The notes: generated by a model from the sequence alone, not told the origin. A stretch of DNA of 64,000 nucleotides from Leucoraja erinacea (GCF_028641065.1 NC_073407.1:21762001-21826000), one strand, 5' to 3'. Counted from the stretch's first letter, positions 1-11,481 are shown. A program made the numbers and translations.

Positions 1-171
1 TAAAGTGGAAGTGTACAAAAATAAACGTTATTTTCCATCTTACTGTTAGTTTTGTTTCATTTTGAAAAATAAAAAGTTATTTTATGGTTTATATTTTGAA
101 TTACATATATATTGGGGGGCACCAAAATCTTTTAAGTGCTTAGGGCCTCTATGGGTCTTAATCCGGCCCTG
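1..171. mobile_element. Terminus of hAT-like non-autonomous DNA transposon (truncated by window edge)
   Basis: Ends ...cttaatccggccctg, the reverse complement of a CAGGGCCGGATTAAG hAT-type terminus; subterminal ggggggcacc/gggcct motifs. Confidence 0.5.
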
Positions 172-356
172 ATGGTAACATTCAAAGAGGGCTGGTGCTC
201 GAATTTCTAAACTTTCAGCCGAATGTCTGCCTGAGCCAACGTTCTCCCTCTCACCGGCCAGCGCTGACTGTGTAGGGACAGGTACAGCCACCGCACCTGA
301 ATGACACACTCACTGATGGCCGTTAAGATATTGACAGTCACCGGCAGTATGAGGTT

Positions 357-579
357 CGTGTAGGAAGAGACAAGCAGATGCTGATAGACGCACAGGGCTG
401 GAGAAACTCAGCGGGTCAGGCAGCAGCATCTGTGGAGAAACAGTATGGGCGGCGTTTTGGATCGGGACCCTTCTTTAGACTGGTTCTGAAGAAGGGATCC
501 GACCCGAAACGTCACTCATCCATTATCTCCAGAGATGCTGCCTGACGTGCTGAGTTACTCCAGCATTATGTATCTACCA
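357..579. mobile_element. Palindromic Penelope-like (PLE) 3'-end insert with hammerhead core
   Basis: Inverted arms; core ctgaaga-agggatccgaccc-gaaacgtc at 486-513; flanked by gcag(t/g)atgaggtt at 344-356 and 580-592. Confidence 0.7.
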
Positions 580-1072
580 GCAGGATGAGGTTTATTCAGC
601 TTATGACAAGGGGAACAAGCGGAGTAGCAGATAGTTGGCCACTCACTTCTCTTGGCAGCCTTGGCCACCTCAGCTCAGTTCTGTCCCCTTCGCTACTCAT
701 TTTACTTTCATTCCTAACTTGGCTGCTACAGCCATCTTGCAGTGTCAGGAGAGACAGTGATTGCTTGGCTCAGCTGGTTCAAGCTTCAGCTTTCATTACA
801 ATCTACCAGCAGTAGTTGGCTTCTGCAGTGAGGTGAATGTTTATGGCCAAAAGGGCGCTCCCCTCTCCTTGCTTCCTTGGGCCTCCCCCCCCACCCCCAG
901 CCTCCTCCTTGGGTTGATGTGTGGGGTGGGGGGGAAGTGCTCCCACACCGTTGGTAAGCGATGGGTTGCTCACATCCATCCATGGCTTGGCTCATCCTCC
1001 CCGCATCGATAACCTTCTCCAGCCCTGCAACTCTTCCACCCGACGTACCCAATCCGACAAACTCCCAACAGC

Positions 1073-1280
1073 CAGCATCCCCGGAGAGAAGTAATGGGTG
1101 ACGTTTCAGGTCGAGACCCTTCTTCAGACCCAAAGGGACTTCTTCCCTTCCAAAGAAGGGTCTCGATCCGAAACGTCGCCCATTCCGTCTCTCCGGAGAT
1201 GCTGCCTCACCCGCTGAGTTACTCCTGCAATTTGTGTCCACCTTCGGTTGAAACCGGCATCTGCAGTTCCTTCCGACAAA
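1073..1280. mobile_element. Palindromic PLE-derived insert
   Basis: Inverted arms ggagagaa..gggtgacgtttc / gaaacgtcgcccattcc..tctccggagatgctgcc, followed by the PLE tail ..gcatctgcagttccttcc. Confidence 0.7.
1095..1132 (-). ncRNA. Putative minimal type I hammerhead ribozyme motif
   Basis: Minus strand reads UGGGU-CUGAAGA-AGGGUCUCGACCU-GAAA-CG-UC^ACCCA: 5-bp stem I, conserved core, stem II hairpin, palindromic ACGU stem III. Activity untested. Confidence 0.55.
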
Positions 1281-1639
1281 GTCTGTATCTCGGTCACCTC
1301 CTCCGGCCCTAACAATCTGAGGCCCCTCCGATCCTCCTGCAAGGTCGTAGCTCCAACGTGAGAAATGCAACGTATTGTTTTACACGTGAGGCGATGGGTG
1401 TCTGGTGCCCACTGGTGGTGGTGGTACAGATGCAATAGGGGCACTCAAGAGGCTTTTACACAGGCAAATGGATTTGCAGGGAATGGAGGGATTTAGATCA
1501 CAAGGAGATTAATTTAACGGCATCATGTTTGGCATGGACATTGTGGGCCGAAGGGCCTGTTCCTGTACTGTACTGTGCTATGTTTTAGTGAAATGCTTTT
1601 GTTAATATTACATGCAGGTTTAAGAACAGAGGAACATTT

Positions 1640-2175
1640 TTCCATGAGTTATTCATGCCTGGATCAGAGGCCATTAGCTACAGGGAGAGGTTGGACAAAC
1701 TTGGATTGTTTTCCCTGGAACGCCAGAGGTTGCAGGGAGACCTGATAGAAGTGTATAAAAGTATGAAGGGCATAGAGAGGGTAGACAGTCAGAACCTTAG
1801 TCCCAGGATGTACTAGAGGGTATAGCTTTAATGTGTAAAGGGCAAAGTATAAAGGAGATGTGCGGAGTAAGATTTTTTTTTTACGCACAGGATGATGGGT
1901 GTCTGGAACAGGGGTGGTGGTTGAGATCGTGGCGTTTGTGAGACTTTAGGACAGGCTCATGGATGTGGAGAGAATGTAAAGATATGGATGATACACAAAA
2001 ATGCTGGAGAAACTCAGCGGGTGCAGCAGCATCTATGGAGCGAAGGAAATGGGTAACGTTTCAGGCCAAAACCCTTCTTCAGACAAGATATGGATTATGT
2101 GTTGGTCTTGGCATCATGTACAGCACAGACATTGTGGGCCGAAGGGCCTGTTCTATTGCTGGACTATTCTGGTGT
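1640..2175 (+). mobile_element. Old CR1 LINE 3' fragment interrupted by a 95-bp PLE insert
   Basis: Degenerate RT C-terminus (Y.ERLDKLGLFSLE.QRL.GDLIEVYK.MKGI) plus 3' UTR gggccgaagggcctgtt. Confidence 0.75.
1990..2084 (-). mobile_element. Minimal PLE-derived insert beginning at the hammerhead core
   Basis: 11-bp TSD aagatatggat at 1979-1989 and 2085-2095. Confidence 0.7.
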
Positions 2176-2754
2176 TCGGTGTTGTACGAGAGCTTGTGAA
2201 CAAACTACCCTCTGACATAGTGTGAGTGCTGGAAGCCACTGACCATGAGCAGCAGTGGCAACTTGGGTTACATTCAACGCCAGCCAGCCAAATGATCTGA
2301 ATAGTAACAACTCCCTGAAGCTTATGTTAAAATGCTTCGATAATGGAAAATACATAGAATCATCTGGTTCGTGCACCAGGCAAGGATTTTATTGCACAGT
2401 CTCTCTTCCTTCCAACCACAATGACTCATTTCCCAAGCCTATTACATTTTGAAGCATATTGATACAGCTACACTTAAAGTTAGATTGGTTTAATTTTCTC
2501 CTGCTCCCCCGATGCCCAGAGTTGCCTTAGAGTGGATGTTTGCTTGGGCTGATCCAGCAAAGAGCCCACTCTGGCCCACATGAGATAGAGTGATGTGATT
2601 CTCTGCAATTGTCTTACCCGTTCAATACAGGTATGGCTGATCTCTCTGGCCCAGGAATAGTCGAGTCAGTCCGTCTATTCTCATCATGCATCCATCGTCC
2701 AAACCCCTAATGCAACCCCTAAAGCTGTCCAGGCATTGACTGAAGTTCCACCTC

Positions 2755-2862
2755 TATCATCAAGGGTCCCAACCATAAGGACCATGCCCTCTTCTCACTG
2801 CTACCACCGGGCAGGAGGTAGAGAAGTCTGAGGTTGAACATCAGCCGCTTCTGGAGCAGCTT
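2755..2862 (+). mobile_element. Degenerate Rex1/Babar-type LINE fragment
   Basis: Translates roughly IIK.P.H..HALFSLLPPGRR.RSL, the C-terminal motif also seen at 54585-55105. Confidence 0.55.
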
Positions 2863-3138
2863 TGTGGAGTAATTAGGCTTCGGTACAAAGTGTGATTTGT
2901 CCCTAGAGTGTCGGGTAATGCCAGTGTATGGGGTGATCACGGGTCGGCGCAGACTCGATGGGCCGAAGGGCCTGTTTCCGAGCTGTATCTCAAAACTAAA
3001 CCTAAGCAAAATGCTACTTTCCTACAACTATCAGGTTCCCGACCTGACCTGCCTAGTCCTAATCCTACCTTAGCAATGGGACTCAACGCACCACCCACTG
3101 CCATGTACTTTGTATCAATAAAACAGATACTCTCATCT

Positions 3139-3333
3139 GGAGAAACTCAGCGGGTGCAGCAGCATCTATGGAGCGAATGAAATAGGCAACGTTTCGGGCC
3201 GAAACCCGAAGGGTTTCGCCCGAAACGTTGCCTATTTCCTTCGCTCCATAGATGCTGCTGCACCCGCTGAGTTTCTCCAGCTTTTTTGTGTACCTTCGAT
3301 TTTCCAGCATCTGCAGTTCCTTCTTAAACACTT
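3139..3333. mobile_element. Palindromic PLE-derived insert
   Basis: Near-perfect inverted arms; 14-bp TSD agatactctcatct at 3125-3138 and 3334-3347. Confidence 0.8.
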
Positions 3334-4729
3334 AGATACTCTCATCTACTGTACACTAGAGATATTGGAAACATTTTCTAAATGTGTATTTTCCACCAGT
3401 TTCTTGTTTTTTTTTGTCTTTTTTTCTCTTTGCAGAATTTGTGTAATTTATGTATGATTTATGTTTTAATGTGTCTTATCTGAGTCCATGTGCCCGTGTC
3501 TATAAGATTTACATTCTAACTGCACCTCCTCACCCAATTTATTAATATGACAATAAACTTGACTTGACTGCGTTTCACAATTGGATGGAACATAGACCAG
3601 ACGTATACAGTGTTAAACCGAACACGAATGGGGAATAGCGGGTGAGAGGGACGTCTTTGGCTCACAGAGCGGTTCGTGGAGGAGACAAGAAGCAGCCTCT
3701 CTCGGGCCAGCAGCATCAGGAAACATTGGGGTCTTCCACACGTGCCCACCTTACGTCACGTATGTCCGAGACCAGAGTACGTCCACAACCCTTCATGCCA
3801 GGTCCCCACAGGCGACCCTTGGGCAAAGTGTCATTGAAAACAAGCTGACAATGACCCACCTGGAACATATTGAGCTGAGATACAGGAGCAACGAGATGGG
3901 ACTCCACCAAGGTTTCAGAAACATAGAAACATAGAAAATAAGGTGCAGGAACACAGGAGATGGCCATTTGGCCCTTCGAGCCAGCACCAATATGATCATG
4001 GCTGATCATCCTAAATCAGTACCCCGTTCCTGCTTTCTCCCCATATCCCTCGATTCCGTTAGACCTACGAGCGATAGCCAACTCTCTCTTGAATACATCC
4101 AGCTAAGATCTAGAATGAACGTCTTTCAGTATTTAAAGGGTGTCTGTTTCTGGCAACGGCTAAAGGCCTCTCAGTGGATCTTGAGCCCATTTCTAAATTG
4201 GGGATCTAATGGCCTGCCCAGTCCAGCCAAGAGCAACAACAAACAAACTCCTTTCAAGACATGAGACTCCAGGTATGTTGTTTTCTGTATGCCCTTCGAT
4301 AATTTGACTCCATGGTTTGATGTTGTCTGAAATCAAGGGAATTTGGCCCCTGGTCAGCAGCCGGCAAAGTCTTGACAAGATTGTCAAAAGTTTCCAAAAT
4401 GGTAGGAAGAGTTTCGTCTTTCCAAGTAAAATACAAAATATAAAATACAGAAAGCACAAAGAATTACAGTAGCTACTGGGCGTTCATCCAATTGCTGGAC
4501 CCTGCTTCTCTTAGGCATTTCTGCCGTTTTGATCGGACTTTGTGACCCAAGAACTTTAAAACTCAGACAGTGAGCAGGTTAATGCAGATACAGCAGTCTG
4601 AAGAAGGGTCCCCTACCCGAAACATTGCCTACGCATGTTCTCCAGAGATGCTACTGAGAAGCGTACAGTGGGAGAATGGGACAAGAATGAAATACAGATA
4701 AAATAGGGGCACTTCAGTCCTGCAGGAAT

Positions 4730-5032
4730 GGGCCAGTCCCACTTAGGCCATTTACCGCGATTTGTTTTGGCGACTGCCAGCACCCGGCATAGTTGCAGCA
4801 GGTTGCGGAAAGTTTTCAACACGTTGAAAATCCAAGGTACGGTCCACTCACTACTCATGGCAGGTCGCGGGGAGACAGACGCCTGTATGGTCGTGCGTAG
4901 TGGCCCGTAGACTCGTACCTTGTTCTGGCCGCCGCTGGATTTTCGACACGTCGGAAATTCTCGGCAACCTGCTGCGACCACGATGGGTGCCGGAAAGTCG
5001 CCGAGAAAAATGGCGTAAGTGGGACGGGGCCC
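4730..5032. mobile_element. Harbinger-like MITE
   Basis: TIRs gggccagtcccactta.. / ..taagtgggacggggccc; internally imperfect palindrome. Confidence 0.7.
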
Positions 5033-5532
5033 ATTACTCAGTGGGTCAGGCAGCATCTGTGGAGGAGGTTGCACTCTAACCCCGGATAGCCCAGTTGATC
5101 ATTTCTCCTTGAAGTCCACGTCGATGCCAAACGTTATGTTGAAGCAGTCCCCACCGTTCTTTCAGGCAGGGTTTTCCAGATAATAACAAGAACAGGAAAT
5201 AAACCATACTTTGCCAAAACCTGATATATTCTTCCAACAAAAACCGTGCATCCTTTTTTAAATTTACGATAACCTCATGAAATGTGGCACATCTCCATTA
5301 AATCTCCTCAATCTCCCCGCTCAAAGGAAACAATTCAAATTGTCATCGCTTGCTAGACTTCGTCCCACCCCTCCCTCTCTTTTCTAGCTCTCCCCCCCCC
5401 CTATTGCAATCAGTCTGACCACAAACATCACCCACCCATTCCCTCCACAGATGCCGCCTCAACAGACCCACTGAGTTCCTCCAGCACTTTGCGTTTTCAT
5501 TCAAATTGCCTCATCTCTCCACACACATAGGT

Positions 5533-5840
5533 AGGTGGCACAGTGGGAGAGTTGCGGCCTTACAGCGCCAGAGACCTGGGTTCGATCCTGACCACGGGGG
5601 CTGTCTGTGTGTAGCCTGTACGTTTCTCCCGTGACCGCGTGGGTTTGTCTCCAGGAGCTCCGGTTTCCTCTCACATTCCAAAGACATACAGGTTTGTAGA
5701 TTCATTGGCTTCTGTGAATCGCAAAATGTCCCTAGTGTGTAGGAAAGCGCTAGTGCACGGGGGGATCGGTGGTCCGCGCGGAATCGGTTGGCCGTAAGGC
5801 CTGTGTCCGCGTGGTATTACGGAAGTAAACAAAACGAAAC
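5533..5840 (+). mobile_element. tRNA-derived V-SINE (HE1-like)
   Basis: Head ggtggcacagtgg..ttacagcgccagagacctgggttcgatcc, V-domain, CR1-like tail. Confidence 0.8.
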
Positions 5841-7370
5841 TGATTTCTCTCGTCTCTGCACCGTCCGTAAGAATTGGCACTAAGTGTAGATGGTTTGGCC
5901 CTTAGAGCATGTTCTGCCATTCATGATGATCATATTTGATTTATTTCCGTTTTATTTTCCTGCTCCATTAATATGTAAAAATCTAGCAAGCTGACAAATC
6001 TTCCCCCTGGTATGTTTCTGTTGGTGAATTACTTTTCAATTTTGGCACATACCTCACGGTCGGCACTGATCCCTGCCCTCTAACAAGCTTTAGAGACCTT
6101 GTTCACTTGCAACAGAGGTACCACCAAAACCATCTCCGTAAAAGCCTCTAAATTCACCAGAAGGTCAAGCAAACCAATTTGTAGTGAGGAACTGCAGATG
6201 CTAGTTTACACCGAATATAGAAATAGAAAATAGGTGCAGGTGTAGGCCATTCGGCCCTTCAAGACTGCACCGCCATTCAATATGATCATATGGCTGATCA
6301 ATATAAGACAAAGAGACCCTTAATCAGATCCAGCAAGCTAACCAGCTCAACATGAAGCCACAACTGTGATTAGTAAGGGTGTCCGAGGTTATGGGGAGAA
6401 GGCAGGAGAATGGGGATAGAAGGGAGAGATAGATCATGGCGGAGTAGACTTGATGGGCCGAATGGCCTAATTCCACTCCTATCACCTATGCCCTTATAAC
6501 ATCCCCAGAGTTGTACGTTATCCCTGCTCAGGTACGTTGGACAGGCCATGTGGTTTGCTTGCCTGACATTAGACACCCAAAACGCACTCTGTCATTCCGG
6601 GCTCTGTCATGGGAAGAGATGATCAGGTTGACCATGGTAAGGATTCAAAGATATGCTTGAAGGGCTCTTTGGAAACATGCAACATCCCTCTGTATTTGTG
6701 GGAATCCCCGACTCAAGTCTACCTGACGGAGATGGAACATCAATGCATTTCGTTGTCTCTGTACAATGCATTTCGTTGTCTCTGTACTGTACACTGACAA
6801 TGACAATAAATTGAATCATTTCATTTCATTTCATCAAGACGAGAGCATTTACAGTGGGGGAAAATGATCAGAACCTTTTTTCCTGGGTCAAAGTCCAAGG
6901 AAACATCAAAGACTAGAGGGAATGGCTTCAAGGAGAGTGGGGCAAAGTTTAAAGGAAGTGTGCAAGACAGGTGGTGATGGATGCCTGGAAAAACTAGCCA
7001 GGGGTGGTGGTGGAGGAAGATAGTGGTGTTTAAGAGGCTTTTACATGGACAAGGAAAGGAGGGAAATGGATCACACGTGTCGGGAGGAACTGCAGATGCT
7101 GGTTTACATCGAAGATAGACACAATATGCTGGAGTAGCTCGGCGGGACAGGCAGCATCTCTGGAGAGAAGGAATGGGTGACGTTTCGGGAAGAGAGAGGA
7201 CTCCACCGGTGGCTTCCAAGGCTCTGCAGTTCCCACACTGGTTTCATCAGCCACTTATGAACCCACAGGCCAGTAGTGGAATCAGGCCCTACCTACTCCA
7301 TCCCATGGTACAGCCTGTGATGGAGAGGTTCTTCAGGACCCTTCACAGTTTCAAGGTGACCCAAAGCACT

Positions 7371-7477
7371 AAAGAAGTGTTTCTGAAGAAGGGTTTCAGC
7401 CCGAAACGTTGCCTATTTCCTTCGCTCCATAGATGCTGCTGCACCCGCTGAGTTTCTCCAGCATTTTTGTCTACCTC
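7371..7477 (+). mobile_element. 107-bp PLE-derived insert with hammerhead core (7383-7410)
   Basis: 14-bp TSD tgacccaaagcact at 7357-7370 and 7478-7491; inserted into an old minus-strand DeuSINE-like tail (about 7335-7540). Confidence 0.75.
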
Positions 7478-7744
7478 TGACCCAAAGCACTTCACAGCCA
7501 CAGAGGTACTGAAACACTTTCAGAAGTGCCGCCATGGTCAACTCCCTCGCCTCTCCTCCCAACGCTGCTCAACCAGCCTGATTTTACTTGGTGTTGAACC
7601 TGTTCCTGTAAAAACATTTATACTTGGAAACCAAGGTGGGAAGCCAAAGGTTTCATGTGGAGCTGAGACAAGTCTTGGACGTTACATTTTTTTTTCTCGT
7701 GAAAGTTTATCAAAACAGGCTTAAAATGGCAAGATGACTAAACC

Positions 7745-7975
7745 ACAGCCCTGGTGTTCCTTGGACATGAACATTCCCCACAGTACAGTTTCAAAAAGAG
7801 GGACAGGCTAGTGTATCTGTCCACCAACATCACCAAAGTGAATAATCTGTCCGTTACCAAGATGTAGATGGTATGATCTTACCCACGGTCAACACTCCCT
7901 GCCCTACTTCATACATTACAGCAGCGTCCACACTTCCAAAGTATTTCACTGGCTACAAAACCATTTGCTGAGTTC
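7745..7975 (+). mobile_element. Decayed DeuSINE (SacSINE1/AmnSINE1-like) 3' half
   Basis: accaacatcaccaaa..ataatctg..tacattacagcagcgtccacacttccaaagtatttcactggctacaaa resembles the recalled Deu-domain/tail consensus. Confidence 0.55.
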
Positions 7976-8137
7976 TCTTTCCTGAACAGACTTGATCTAC
8001 TTCATGCAGATCTACTTAAGCTCCATGTTCTTGCATCTTCCACCAGAGATACCAACGTCTCTCCAAACACCCTCTGAAAGTCTCCCCAAAGCCAACAATA
8101 GATTGCAATTACGTCATGCACTCCAAACCTCTTCACA

Positions 8138-8452
8138 GCGGCGGCACGGTGGCGCAGCGGTAGAGTTGCCTCCTTACAGCGCCAGTGACCCGGGTTCGGT
8201 CCTGACCACAGGTGCTGTCTGTACGGAGTTTGTACGTTCTCCCCGTGACCTGCGTGGGTTTCCCCCGGGTGCTCCTGTTTCCTCCCACACTCCAAAGACG
8301 TACAGGTTTGCAGGTTAATTGGCTTGGTAGGTTTGTAGGTTATTGTAAATTGTCCCTGGTGTGTGTAGGATAGTGTTAGGTTACGGGGATCGCTGGTCTG
8401 CACGGGCTTGGTGGACAAAACGGCCTGATTCTGCGCTGTATTTAGAAACTAA
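8138..8452 (+). mobile_element. V-SINE (HE1-like), full length
   Basis: gcggcggcacggtggcgcagcggtagagttg..gggttcggtcc head through ..ctgtatttagaaactaaa tail. Confidence 0.85.
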
Positions 8453-8960
8453 ATGTGGATTAAAAGCTTGCCCACATTTCAAAAGCAAATAAAATAAAAC
8501 ATAAACTTTGAACACGAGGATCCTTGGATCTGAGGTCTCATAAAATATATCAGGATCCTCCCTTATTAAATGTACTTTCCCCCAAGCCTTAGACAGCAGC
8601 CTCGGGCAACTCCTTGCTCCAGGTCAAGAATGTCACCCTCTGACAACCACTGAGAGAACTCTGTGGGAGCTGCATTGTCTGCACTGCCTCGTGATCTTGG
8701 AGGAAGGCTGACATGACAGAAACGTGGTCAAGATAGATCACTCCTCCCTCAATGCAGTCCAGGCCACATCAACATGACATTCCCACTCTCCTCCTGCTGA
8801 CTCACACACCACGGAAACACAGTCTTCTTTCCGTTGCTAATTGATCCTGTCTATCTAAATTCTTCTTCAGCTCTCTGCTGGCACCCCACCCCTCCTGAAT
8901 TTGAGCCTCACCCCTCGTGCACTGGTGTTAGACTGGATCATTCAGCTCCACTCTCTGGAG

Positions 8961-9510
8961 CAAAGATTATAGAGCAGAGCAAAATAGACCACTCCTCCGA
9001 AATCCAATGGGCTGACGTGTAGTACGTAACGGAAGGTCACGGCCGCCATTTGTTGATGCCAAACGCAACATCTTTGGTAGCGGGGATGGACTCCACAGTT
9101 ATACAATCTGCTCTTACATCAGGTCGCAGGGAAAAGCAAAGATACTAGAGGCTCCTCGAGTATCTTTGGGGGAAGAGGACGTTTCCTCAACTCCTGAGTT
9201 GATCCAGGACTGATTCTCGGTCCCCCCGATACCAGATGAAGGCAGCCGGCGGGAGAGCCTCAAGCGTCTGCCCGCGGTGGGCACTCCTGAGATAGCGAGA
9301 AATGCTCCTCTAGTATCTTTGGTGTAATCAGTGTTGTAGGGAACAGTGTTTTATTTTGCATCGATCATTTCACATATTTAGTTAATATTATTGTACATTT
9401 TATTAATATTATTGTAAATTGCAGCTCAATAAAATGGCGCCATGTCATACCCATGTCATACAACGCTTTTTTCGCAGAGTGGCGCATCTTGCTCTGCTCG
9501 ATAATCTTTG
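8961..9510. mobile_element. Non-autonomous DNA transposon with CAAAGAT TIRs and 8-bp TSD (P-superfamily-like)
   Basis: TIR caaagattat(a/c)gagcagagcaa; perfect TSD ctctggag at 8953-8960 and 9511-9518. Confidence 0.8.
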
Positions 9511-9976
9511 CTCTGGAGTGCCAACCTGTCAGAGGGGCAGTACCAAGGGAGTGCCACAGAGGGGCAGTACTGAGTGAGCGCCACACTGTTAGACCTCTGC
9601 ATTGTTGGCATGGGTTGGACAGGTGGCATCAAGCAAGTCAACGGGGATGTCCTAAGGAGACACTGCATCTTTGGAATATCTCTATAAATCATCAGTTCAC
9701 TCACTTATTGGATTGTGCAACCTATCGGATTTCCTAGTTGGTGGAATCTTGTACACACCAGTCATCCACACTCATCACAATAATCATAAGACATAAAGCC
9801 GTCATTAACTGCTAGAGAAGTATTTCAGGACATCCCAAGGGTTCTAACGAGGTCAAGTCAACAGAAATCCCCACTCCTTCCCTGTCAATGGCCATCACTG
9901 GTTTGGTTCCAGAGGTCACGGTTCTCCAGAGACTTGGCAGATTCTTCCCACATCAACATAGACAACAGGAATATAA

Positions 9977-10174
9977 NNNNNNNNNNNNNNNNNNNNNNNN
10001 NNNNNNNNNNNNNNNNNNNNNNNNNNNNNNNNNNNNNNNNNNNNNNNNNNNNNNNNNNNNNNNNNNNNNNNNNNNNNNNNNNNNNNNNNNNNNNNNNNNN
10101 NNNNNNNNNNNNNNNNNNNNNNNNNNNNNNNNNNNNNNNNNNNNNNNNNNNNNNNNNNNNNNNNNNNNNNNNNN
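9977..10174. other. Assembly gap (N)
   Basis: Run of N. Confidence 1.
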
Positions 10175-10660
10175 GAGGAGAGGGAGGGAGGAGGGGGGGA
10201 GAGAGGGGAGAGGAGGAGGGGGAGGGGGAGGAGGAGGGAGGGGGAGAGAGGGAGGAGAGAGAGGGGGGAGAGGGAGGGGGGGGGGGGAGGGAGAGAGGAG
10301 AGAGGGAGTGAGAGAGAGGGAGAGGGAGGGAGAGGAGTATCAAATGAGAAAAAAAATAAAAAGTTCAATAAATAAGGGGGAGAGAGAGGAGGGGAGAGGA
10401 GAGGAGAGGGGGGGGGAGGGGGGGGGGGGGGGGGGTGGTGGGGGGGGGGGGGAGGGAGAGGGGGGGGGGGGTGGGGGGTGGAGAGGGGGGGAGAGGGGGG
10501 GGGGGAGGAGGAGAAGGGGAGGAGGAGGGGGGGGAGGGGGAGAGGAGAGGGGGGGAGAGAGGGGGGGAGAGTGTGTTGTCTGGGAGTGGAGGGGTGTCGG
10601 GGGTGAGATGGGGAAGAGGGAAGATTGGGGTGAGAGAGGAGGGGGGGATATTTGGGGTGA
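10175..10660 (+). repeat. G/A-rich low-complexity purine tract
   Basis: (GGA/GAG/G)n runs next to the gap. Confidence 0.95.
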
Positions 10661-11349
10661 GATTGAGGGTCCTTGCCCCTCTCGTGGCTCTCTCCCCCCC
10701 TTCACAGCCTCTCTGTTGTGAAGCAGGTTTTTGCCAAAAGCCCTTTCCCAACACATTGCTGTATAAGTGTTGAACGTCCCTCAGAGAACATCATCTCTAC
10801 AGCTGGGGAAAGCGCAACGAGAACCCAGGGTAAATGAATGCAAGATGTGCGTGTTATATTTGGCATGTTCTGGCCGGCTGTGCGGAGGCCAAGGCCCCAG
10901 TGTGTCCGGGATATTAAATCTTCGACAAATCCAGAATCTTCGTTGCGAGGGTCTCTGCAGATCCCTGGCAGTGTGCGTGTAATCGGATTTTCACATCTCA
11001 CTGAGCCACAGGGAGTGACGTAGCCCACGTGGGAACTGTGTCCCACCTTCACTATAAGCACTGAAACACTAATATCTTCATCCTATCAACTTCCATAAAG
11101 CAGGGAGCATCTTAATAGTTAGACAGGGAGGAAGCAAGTGGAACGCAACACAAACAGAGTCCCTTCGGCCCATCATGTGTCCATGCCAGCTCTTTGAAAC
11201 TAGAGGCATGAAAAAGGTTCTGAACAAATCAGAGCCGGCACCGATGATCGAGGGAAGATGGAGCCCACAACGTGTCCATTGTTGGCTGTTGAAGTGGTGA
11301 TAACAATGGGAGGTGTTATAGTCACTCCTCAACTCTTTCTCCAGAGACA

Positions 11350-11481
11350 ACGCCTCCCAGTTGCTCAACACTTTAACTCCCCCTCCCACTCCCACACTGA
11401 CCTTTCTAGGTCCTGGGCCTCCTCTACTGTCAGAGTGAGGCCCAGCACAAATTGGAGGAACAGCATCTCATTGGGCAGCTT
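11350..11481 (+). mobile_element. Penelope-like GIY-YIG endonuclease C-terminal fragment (frameshifted)
   Basis: LPVAQHFNSPSHSHTDLS/VLGLLYCQSEAQHKLEEQHLI; preceded by an inverted PLE 3' UTR piece at about 11197-11320. Confidence 0.75.

Noticed and set aside
2618-2706. Possible minus-strand exon with a GTAAG donor
   Set aside because: No polypyrimidine tract and no similarity to the expected collagen exon 5.
8138-8210. tRNA-like sequences (A/B boxes) at SINE heads
   Set aside because: They continue into V-SINE bodies; not standalone tRNA genes.
9885-10773. Long Gly/Glu- or Pro/Ser-rich ORFs
   Set aside because: Artefacts of the N-gap and the G/A low-complexity tract.
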